NCBI GenBank assembly: GCA_964543385.1
Contig: CAZIYE010000002.1
Location: 60,001 to 92,000, forward strand
DNA length: 32,000 nucleotides
Direction: 5' to 3'
Source of the DNA: an uncultured Candidatus Saccharibacteria bacterium
GTDB taxonomy: Bacteria; Patescibacteriota; UBA1384; XYA2-FULL-43-10; 1-14-0-10-43-13
In this document: piece after piece, positions 25,778 through 32,000 of the stretch
Numbering within the stretch: position 1 is the first letter of the stretch
Layout of the letters: each line of letters starts with the position of its first letter
The notes under the pieces: model-generated
What the model saw: only the letters and a program-made list of their open reading frames with translations
Told to the model about the DNA's origin: nothing
Databases searched by the model: none
Program-made: the position numbers and the translations under genes

Positions 25778-26425
25778 ATGATTATGAACAAGGTTGGATT
25801 ATTTGTGTTAGGGCTAATAACTCTTGCGTTTGGTATTGGTGCAACATTATATTCACGCTTACCAGATCAAATGGCTTCTCATTGGAATGCTCAGGGAATT
25901 GCAGATGGCACAATGTCTAAACCATTTGCCATTTTTCTGATGCCGCTGATTATGGTTTTTCTATTCATATTTTTATATTTTTTACCAAAATTTGATCCAA
26001 TGAAGGGAAATATCAAAAAATTTTATAAGCAATATTCTGGTTTTATTGTTGTAATGACTTTATTCATGTTTGTTCTATATCTACAAACATTGCTTTGGAA
26101 TCTTGGCACAAGAATAAATCCAATTCTCTTGATGTCAGTTGCTTTTGCTTTTTTGATATATTACCTAGGGATTTTAATTGGCAGCACTGAACAAAATTGG
26201 ACTATAGGTATACGCACCCCTTGGACATTAAGTAATAAAATAGTTTGGGACAAAACTCATAAGTTAGGTGCAAAACTATATAGAATCATTGCTTTTGTTA
26301 CTCTGCTGGGGCTAATATTCCCAAACATAGCTTTCTTATTTTTGATAGTGCCCTTAATGACAGTGAGCTTATTTCTTGTCCTTTATTCGTATCTAGAGTT
26401 TAAGAAAGAAATAAATAATTATTAA
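25778..26425 (+). CDS. SdpI/YhfL-family membrane protein (DUF1648 plus SdpI-like)
   Basis: 215 aa. LPDQMASHWNAQGIADG is a DUF1648-like start. Six or so TM helices. IRTPWTLSN..VW is a typical SdpI motif. Starts 1 nt after the previous stop. Confidence 0.75.
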   Translation: MIMNKVGLFVLGLITLAFGIGATLYSRLPDQMASHWNAQGIADGTMSKPFAIFLMPLIMVFLFIFLYFLPKFDPMKGNIKKFYKQYSGFIVVMTLFMFVLYLQTLLWNLGTRINPILLMSVAFAFLIYYLGILIGSTEQNWTIGIRTPWTLSNKIVWDKTHKLGAKLYRIIAFVTLLGLIFPNIAFLFLIVPLMTVSLFLVLYSYLEFKKEINNY

Positions 26426-26500
26426 TTATTAATTATTAATATTGCTCTTTTTGTGTCCTGAGCGGATAATAAAATTAAATTTAATTATGGAGGAAATAGT

Positions 26501-26977
26501 ATGATTAAAATTGTTTATGCAGTTCTGTTGGGAGTGATTCTTGCTTTTTTTATTGGGTTGGGAATAGAGGCATTTTATCCGACAGAAAAGTATCCCGAAG
26601 CACCAACGGAGGTTCAATATGGCAAGGTTGATGGGGGAAATCTCTCTGCGGATGAAATAAAAGCTCAGCGAGATTTCGATACAAAGGTCAAAGAATTTCA
26701 GGATCGGAACAAGGACCATGCTAAAAACGTCTCACTCGTTGCTATCATCGGTAGCATCATTTATATGATAATAAGCCTTGCCGTTCTAAATAAAAAGGAT
26801 GTCTTCGCAGATGGTTTCCTTATCGGTAGCCTGTTGACCTTGATTTACGGCATAATGCGAGGATTTGAGAGTGACGATAGCAAGTTCCGTTTTATTATTG
26901 TTTCGGTTGGATTGGCGGCTGCGCTTATCCTCGGTTACTTTAAATTCCTGCGCCAAAAAGAAGAGCCAAAGAACTAG
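26501..26977 (+). CDS. Hypothetical 4-TM membrane protein
   Basis: 158 aa. SD GGAGG at 26489-26493. No recognisable motif. Confidence 0.6.
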   Translation: MIKIVYAVLLGVILAFFIGLGIEAFYPTEKYPEAPTEVQYGKVDGGNLSADEIKAQRDFDTKVKEFQDRNKDHAKNVSLVAIIGSIIYMIISLAVLNKKDVFADGFLIGSLLTLIYGIMRGFESDDSKFRFIIVSVGLAAALILGYFKFLRQKEEPKN

Positions 26978-27008
26978 CAAAAAGAAACAATTGAAGCTAT
27001 AAAGCTAC

Positions 27009-27036
27009 AAACGGGCGCCTGTTAAGGCGTCCGTTT
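27009..27036. terminator. Bidirectional intrinsic terminator between convergent genes
   Basis: AAACGGGCGCC (27009-27019), loop TGTTAA, GGCGTCCGTTT (27026-27036). 11 bp with one G-T pair. Confidence 0.6.
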
Positions 27037-27049
27037 GGGTATGTCTCAT

Positions 27050-27823
27050 TTATCTCTCTATTTCCTGTTTACGGAAGAGAAAAATAGCACCCAAAACCAA
27101 GATCAATATTAGGCCCACTGAAGTAAGGGCTGATGGAAGGAAGTCAACGATCTTGCCTTCTAGTATCAGGGCCTTATAATTTGACATTACATAAGTAGGT
27201 GAATAGTCGGAAATTTGTTTAATAAGTCCAAATACAGTGGTAAATAAAATAGATACAAGTAAGGCCATGCCTGCCGCAGTTATCTGATTTTTTGATACAG
27301 TACTAAAAAAGATAGTGACTGCTAAAATCAGGGTTAAAAATATCAGAAGGAAAAATGAGAGCCAGATAAAATTGACAAGACTAAAGCTGCCAAAGAGATT
27401 TAGCGTATAAAGATAAAATACTATCGCAGATGCAATAAAAACCAGCTTGATATACAGCGCGCTGGCAAAGAACTTTGATAACAAGAAGCTGACTCGAGAA
27501 ATTGGTTTGGTCAGTACCAGTTCGAGGGTTTTCTTATTCTTCTCTTCAGCAACAGCTCCGGAAAACATTAATAGAATAACAATCATCCCAAATTGTGCCA
27601 AATTTTTTACCAATTGATCGATGGAATCTTTCCACGTGGGGTCAGGAAAATTGATTGTAAGACCCGGAGTTGCGGGCATAGACTTAAGAATTGTTGGGAT
27701 CAGCTTTGCTAAGATCGGAGAAGAGATAGCTATAAAGGCAAAAACGATCACTAAAATCAGAAACTTCTTAGATCGGTAAATCTCTAATATTTCCTTTTTC
27801 ATCATTGTGTAAAATGAGTTCAC
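27050..27823 (-). CDS. ABC-2-type transporter permease (YxlG-like)
   Basis: 257 aa, 6 TM helices. Start overlaps the stop of the ATPase gene by 4 nt. Confidence 0.8.
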   Translation of the reverse strand: MNSFYTMMKKEILEIYRSKKFLILVIVFAFIAISSPILAKLIPTILKSMPATPGLTINFPDPTWKDSIDQLVKNLAQFGMIVILLMFSGAVAEEKNKKTLELVLTKPISRVSFLLSKFFASALYIKLVFIASAIVFYLYTLNLFGSFSLVNFIWLSFFLLIFLTLILAVTIFFSTVSKNQITAAGMALLVSILFTTVFGLIKQISDYSPTYVMSNYKALILEGKIVDFLPSALTSVGLILILVLGAIFLFRKQEIER

Positions 27824-28746
27824 TTTGCCTCCTTGATCAGATCGATAAATAAATCTTCTACTTCCGGCAGACTAAGTCCATAAGAAAGAACTCCAATCCC
27901 AAATTGTGCAAGAAACTTCAGAGCCAGATTTGATTTAACAGTATCATCGTCCCTTAGCCAGACTTTTAAGTGATTGCCATTTTTTTCTATCTTGGTAGCC
28001 CATTCCTGTTTTTTGAGGTCTGGTAATACCGACTCAGGATCGGAGTCGAATTCTACTTCTAAAATGTTGGTGGCATATTTCTTCTTCAGGTCTGCAAGGG
28101 AAGACACTGTAATAAGTTTACCCTTATTGATGATAGCAACATCGTCGCAGATTCGATCAACATCAGAAAGGATATGTGTTGAAAGCAATATTGTCATTGT
28201 TTTTTTGAGGTTTTCAATAACAGCCAACACCTCGCGTCGTCCTATTGGGTCAAGTGCAGACACGGGCTCATCCATTATTAGGACTTTAGGTTCATTTACC
28301 AAGGCTTGAGCAATACCGAGCCTTTGTTTCATGCCATTTGAATATGCGCTGATCTTTTTGTCTTTTGCTTCGGAGAGATCGACTAGTTTAAGTAGTTTTT
28401 TGATAGTGCTTTCTTTTTCCGTAGTTTTAATCCCAAAAGTATTAGCTACGAATTCCAGATATTCTTTGCCGGTCATCCAATTGTAAAAAGCCGGTTGCTC
28501 TGGAAGATAGCCAAAAAGCTTATTATTTGAAGAATTACCAAATATTATTTCTTCACTTGCAATCGTTATGGATCCGCTGGTGGGTTTGGATAAGCCGACC
28601 AGTATCCGTATGGTCGTTGTCTTGCCGGCACCGTTTGGTCCCAAAAAACCCATAACTCTATTCTCGGCAACATCAAATGATAATCCAGAAACTGCAGTGA
28701 AATTATTGAATTTCTTGGTTAGACTTTGGATCTTTATTGCAGACAT
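27820..28746 (-). CDS. ABC transporter ATP-binding protein (YxlF-like)
   Basis: Start refined to ATG 28746 (MSAIKIQSLTKKF) with SD GAGGA upstream. The track N-terminal extension overlaps the upstream gene out of frame. Walker A GPNGAGKTT, signature YSNGMKQR, Walker B VLIMDEP. Confidence 0.9.
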   Translation of the reverse strand: MSAIKIQSLTKKFNNFTAVSGLSFDVAENRVMGFLGPNGAGKTTTIRILVGLSKPTSGSITIASEEIIFGNSSNNKLFGYLPEQPAFYNWMTGKEYLEFVANTFGIKTTEKESTIKKLLKLVDLSEAKDKKISAYSNGMKQRLGIAQALVNEPKVLIMDEPVSALDPIGRREVLAVIENLKKTMTILLSTHILSDVDRICDDVAIINKGKLITVSSLADLKKKYATNILEVEFDSDPESVLPDLKKQEWATKIEKNGNHLKVWLRDDDTVKSNLALKFLAQFGIGVLSYGLSLPEVEDLFIDLIKEAK

Positions 28747-28748
28747 TT

Positions 28749-28946
28749 CTAATCCTCGCTTCGTCCGGCTAGAAGATAGGCGACAGGCCCGATGATCTCG
28801 CCAATTATTATGATAACAATCCAAATGGCGGGAGAAAGATTCTTGGTCTTCTTCTTTTTTAGCACATCAACTATTGCGTAAATTTGTAAACCAATTTGAA
28901 GCACGATAATTGGCCAAACAAGTTTTAAGATGTCAATGTGATCCAT
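28749..28946 (-). CDS. PLD-nuclease-N-terminal-domain small membrane protein (YxlE-like)
   Basis: 65 aa, two TM helices. WIVIIIIGEIIGPVAYLLAGR is the typical PLDc_N motif. SD GGAGGA upstream. Confidence 0.75.
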   Translation of the reverse strand: MDHIDILKLVWPIIVLQIGLQIYAIVDVLKKKKTKNLSPAIWIVIIIIGEIIGPVAYLLAGRSED

Positions 28947-29052
28947 GCTCCTCCAAATATTATTTATAGCAATATGATATCAAAACTGATAATTTAATGA
29001 AACAACAATCATAAAATATGCTATCATAAGTTGCATAAGAAAGGCTATTACT

Positions 29053-29385
29053 ATGATCACATTTGAATATTTTGAAAAAGTAGATATCCGAGTGGGGAAA
29101 GTTATCGAAATAGATGACTTTCCGGAGGCAAAAATTCCTAGTTATAAAATGAAGATTGATTTTGGTTCGGAAATAGGGGTGAAAAAATCATGCGGAAGAT
29201 ATCCTCAAAATTACAAGAAAGAAGAGATATTGGGTCGACAAGTTTGTTGTGTTGTAAATTTCCCACCAAGACAGATTGGCCCTGCTATTTCAGAAGTATT
29301 GACGCTAGGTTTTACCGATGAAAAGGGCAATGCAATCCTAATTATTCCTGAGAAGGAAGTTCCTCTTGGCGGAAAACTTCATTAA
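29053..29385 (+). CDS. CsaA/Trbp111-like tRNA-binding domain protein
   Basis: 110 aa. FEKVDIRVGKVIEIDDFPEAKIPSYKMKIDFG...SEVLTLG is an OB-fold tRNA_bind pattern. Confidence 0.85.
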   Translation: MITFEYFEKVDIRVGKVIEIDDFPEAKIPSYKMKIDFGSEIGVKKSCGRYPQNYKKEEILGRQVCCVVNFPPRQIGPAISEVLTLGFTDEKGNAILIIPEKEVPLGGKLH

Positions 29386-29400
29386 ATAATAAATATAAGT

Positions 29401-30006
29401 ATGGCTAATGAAATAAAAGATCTTGCAATTTCGAGAGCTCAAGAAATAATAAGCCAGATGAAAGATGTGGCCCACAGTAAGTCCCATATTGAGCAAGTGC
29501 TGATTTATTCAGAACAAATTGCCAAACATTATCCCGAGGCAAACAAAGATATTCTTGATTTAGCTGCATGGTGGCACGATACGGGGAGACTCAATACAGA
29601 TGAAGGTCATGCAGCTAAAAGCGCCGAGATAGCAGCCAAAGAGCTGAATAAAATTGGTATTGATTCTGACACAATTAGCAAAATTTGTTGTGCTATACGA
29701 GAGCATAGTAATAGCGAAGGAATCACCCCGACTACACTAGAGGGAAAAATCTTAAAAGATGCTGATAAGCTAGATTTTCTTACTCCAAAACGCTGGCAGA
29801 TGTGCATTGATGAAAAGCTTGATTGGGCCGTCTTGGTCGGAATCAAAAAGATACCGATTATAAGAAACCATATTTTAAATTTGATAGAATCTAAAGAGAT
29901 TTTCGACTCTCTCTTTTTAGAGTTAAAAGATTTTGTCAGAGACGAAAATTCAGCATTTTTTGAAAAGTATAAGCAACAAGTAATTGATTTAAAAATTAGG
30001 GAGTAA
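29401..30006 (+). CDS. HD-domain phosphohydrolase
   Basis: 201 aa. H...HD...D pattern: SHIEQV, AAWWHDTGR, REHSN, KDADKLD. Confidence 0.75.
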   Translation: MANEIKDLAISRAQEIISQMKDVAHSKSHIEQVLIYSEQIAKHYPEANKDILDLAAWWHDTGRLNTDEGHAAKSAEIAAKELNKIGIDSDTISKICCAIREHSNSEGITPTTLEGKILKDADKLDFLTPKRWQMCIDEKLDWAVLVGIKKIPIIRNHILNLIESKEIFDSLFLELKDFVRDENSAFFEKYKQQVIDLKIRE

Positions 30007-30008
30007 AA

Positions 30009-30791
30009 GTGAAATACAAGGATTTTGCAGTCGAGTTGGCGAAAGAAGCCGGAAAAATAATCAAATCAAATTTTACAATTGGTATGGAAAAGGGCTGGAA
30101 AGGTATCGATGGCCCTGTAACAAAAACGGATAAAGGGGTAAATAGTCTTGTGATAGAATCAGTCAAGAAGTATTTTCCTGATCACAATATCAGAGGAGAA
30201 GAGGAGAGCTATCATGAACAGAAATCTGAATTTCTCTGGGTTTGCGATCCAATTGATGGAACAATTCCTTTTTCGCATGGGTTGCCAGTTTTTATGTTCT
30301 CATTGGCATTAGTTAAAAATGGTGAGCCAATAATGGGTGTTTTATATGACCCAATTTTAGACAAACTTTTCTACGCCGAGAAAGGCCATGGTGCTACATT
30401 AGATGGCAAGGCTATCAAAGTATCAGATCGAGAAACACTAAAGGACAGTGCCGTTGATATAGAAAGTTGGTCAACTGCCAGATATTACGCTCCTGCTCTT
30501 GAGAGGGAAGTATATTCTACCGATGCTCTTCTTGTCCACTATGCTTGCATTACTTACCCTTGCGCTTTAGTGGCAGCAGGAGAGTTCGTGGGCGCAATAT
30601 TTGCCGGCTATACCGAGTGGGACATTGCAGCGGTCAAGGTGATTGTAGAGGAGGCTGGCGGCAAGGTAACAGATCTATTTGGTCAGGAGCAACGTTACGA
30701 CCAAGATATTAAAGGGGCTGTTATATCAAATGGCAAAACACACGATATATTACTTAAAATAGTAAAAGAGGCAATAGCAAAAAATGAATGA
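30009..30791 (+). CDS. Inositol-monophosphatase-family phosphatase
   Basis: 260 aa. GTG start 2 nt after the previous stop, with SD GGGAG. Motifs EEE, WVCDPIDGT and WDIAA. Confidence 0.85.
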   Translation: MKYKDFAVELAKEAGKIIKSNFTIGMEKGWKGIDGPVTKTDKGVNSLVIESVKKYFPDHNIRGEEESYHEQKSEFLWVCDPIDGTIPFSHGLPVFMFSLALVKNGEPIMGVLYDPILDKLFYAEKGHGATLDGKAIKVSDRETLKDSAVDIESWSTARYYAPALEREVYSTDALLVHYACITYPCALVAAGEFVGAIFAGYTEWDIAAVKVIVEEAGGKVTDLFGQEQRYDQDIKGAVISNGKTHDILLKIVKEAIAKNE

Positions 30792-31416
30792 TTTTAAAAA
30801 TATATTAAATCTTTTGCACTTAGCTGAGAAGCTAAAATACGAACTTCGTCATAGTTGGCTTTCTGACGGACGGCAGGAGAGTGTTGCTGAACATAGCTGG
30901 CGAATGGCGCTAATGGTTATTCTATTTAAGTCATATCTAAATGAGGGGTTCAATGTAGAAAAAGCCCTGAAAATTGCCATTGTTCATGACCTAGTTGAGG
31001 CTGAAGTTAAAGATACTCCAGCATTTGATACTAGTAAAGAAGATGAAAAAAAAGAGCTTGAAGAAAAGGCGGCCAAGAATTTTATAAAGGTAGCAGGTGA
31101 TGATATCGGACAGGAACTTTATAATCTTTGGCGGGAGTACGAGGACACCGAAACTTACGAGGCGAGAGTAGTAAAAGCGCTAGGTAAATTAGAAGTTCGC
31201 CTGCAGCATAATGAAGCAGATCTAAAAACCTGGGAGGACGTTGAATTTCCAAGAGCACTTTTCGCCGCCGATAAATTTTGTGATTTTGATGAAGTTTTGC
31301 GTGGTTTTAATGATTTAGTAAAAGACGAATCAAGGTCCAAAATAGTTACTGCTGCAATTAATATCAAAAAAATAGAAGAAGAGGCAGAAGAGCTAAGGCC
31401 AAAGCAAGTTAGATAA
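30784..31416 (+). CDS. HD-domain 5'-(deoxy)nucleotidase, YfbR/HDDC2-like
   Basis: 210 aa. Overlaps the IMPase gene by 8 nt. RHSWLSDGRQESVAEHSWRMALM and AIVHDLVEA are YfbR-family motifs. Confidence 0.8.
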   Translation: MNDFKNILNLLHLAEKLKYELRHSWLSDGRQESVAEHSWRMALMVILFKSYLNEGFNVEKALKIAIVHDLVEAEVKDTPAFDTSKEDEKKELEEKAAKNFIKVAGDDIGQELYNLWREYEDTETYEARVVKALGKLEVRLQHNEADLKTWEDVEFPRALFAADKFCDFDEVLRGFNDLVKDESRSKIVTAAINIKKIEEEAEELRPKQVR

Positions 31417-31423
31417 GGAAAAA

Positions 31424-31966
31424 ATGAAAATTACATTCATTACTGGAAATAAATCAAAAGTAGAGCAACTTAGACGGTTTCTAAAAGTATCAGTTGACCA
31501 TGTCAAGCTAGATCTCGAAGAGATACAATCCCTCAACCTAGAAGAGATAGTAGAAAAGAAAGCAAAGCAAGCGTATGAGATTATCAAAAGCCCAGTTTTA
31601 GTGGAGGATGTCTCGCTCGTTTATACTGCCCTCAACGGCCTTCCTGGGCCATTAATTCGTTGGTTTCTCGAGCAATTGGGTAATGCTGGTCTCTGTCGTC
31701 TTATAAATCATTATAATAAAGATAGGTCAGCTACTGCTAAAGTCGCCTACAGTTATTTTGACGGCAATAATTTACAAATATTCACAGGTGAGATCACAGG
31801 CAAAATCGCGGCTCACCCGAGAGGAGAGAATGATTTTGGCTGGAGTCCAGTTTTTATTCCTGATGGTAGCGATAAAACATTGGCCGAAATGACGCACGAT
31901 GAATATGAAAATTTCTCTATGAGAAAGATTGCTCTACAAAAATTGACAAAATATCTATCAGAATAA
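31424..31966 (+). CDS. Non-canonical purine NTP pyrophosphatase (RdgB/HAM1/ITPase family)
   Basis: 180 aa. ITFITGNKSKVEQ, VEDVSL..ALNGLPG and FGWSPVF are HAM1-family motifs. Confidence 0.85.
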   Translation: MKITFITGNKSKVEQLRRFLKVSVDHVKLDLEEIQSLNLEEIVEKKAKQAYEIIKSPVLVEDVSLVYTALNGLPGPLIRWFLEQLGNAGLCRLINHYNKDRSATAKVAYSYFDGNNLQIFTGEITGKIAAHPRGENDFGWSPVFIPDGSDKTLAEMTHDEYENFSMRKIALQKLTKYLSE

Positions 31967-31968
31967 AA

Positions 31969-32000
31969 AAACAAACGGCGCATATGCCGTTTGTTTTTTT
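31969..32000 (+). terminator. Intrinsic terminator ending the 29053-31966 cluster
   Basis: AAACAAACGGC (31969-31979), loop GCATAT, GCCGTTTGTTT (31986-31996), with the T-run continuing to the window end. Confidence 0.7.

Noticed and set aside
26416-26443. About 3.9 tandem copies of the heptamer TAATTAT spanning the stop codon of the SdpI-like gene.
   Set aside because: This is very short, A/T-only low-complexity sequence in an AT-rich intergenic region. Nothing suggests function beyond possible slippage.
26459-26469. TGAGCGGATAA, an 11-nt identity to the core of the E. coli lac operator, upstream of the 26501 gene.
   Set aside because: It is a single half-site-like string with no dyad partner and no LacI-family gene nearby. 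Most likely coincidence.
28747-28824. 26-codon N-terminal extension of the ABC ATPase ORF in the track (MDCYHNNWRDHRACRL...).
   Set aside because: It overlaps the YxlE-like gene out of frame and is not ABC-like. The internal ATG 28746 has an SD and gives the canonical N-terminus.
1-32000. Scan for CRISPR arrays, rRNA, tRNA, transposases, integrases, phage genes and known defence-system signatures.
   Set aside because: I saw no regularly spaced direct repeats, no tRNA-like cloverleaf candidates in the intergenic regions, and no recombinase or phage-structural motifs. The remaining short track ORFs inside lon, uvrA, the kinase gene and others are antisense or out-of-frame shadows.

Overview
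AT-rich bacterial chromosomal segment: hand counts of 60-nt lines give about one third G+C in most genes. It is densely coding on both strands with about 40 genes and short gaps. All calls rest on motifs read by eye; no homology search, HMM or fold prediction was run.

Housekeeping anchors:
- lon (873-3182)
- infC-rpmI-rplT (13430-14521, minus strand)
- uvrA (15976-18798)

Other content:
- GT4 glycosyltransferase overlapping the lon stop codon
- CdaR/PucR-type regulator
- two adjacent paralogous Asn-rich secreted repeat proteins
- a two-component pair
- bactofilin
- a block of small stress, detox and membrane genes (19890-26977)
- a yxlEFG-like ABC module
- a five-gene nucleotide house-cleaning cluster (29053-31966)

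I saw no rRNA, tRNA, CRISPR array, transposase or integrase. Gene content and style suggest a small-genome Gram-positive-like or Patescibacteria (CPR) lineage. The cues are frequent TTG/GTG starts, NTG-repeat surface proteins and a salvage-heavy enzyme set. This is inference only.

Most notable observations:
1. A single-gene island of about 830 bp at about 50-55% G+C (12297-13130). It has its own near-consensus promoter, a strong SD and a terminator. It encodes a guanylate-kinase-like protein whose Walker-A Lys is replaced by Arg.
2. Divergent from that island, a sensor histidine kinase with an unusual architecture (Zn-ribbon, Nudix with a perfect Nudix box, GAF, PAS, HisKA-HATPase), followed by a receiver-only response regulator.
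3. The tandem Asn-rich secreted repeat proteins (5960-8839).
4. An unannotated 42-aa KGG-type stress peptide (4434-4562).
5. An infC reading frame that can only start at ATT or ATA.
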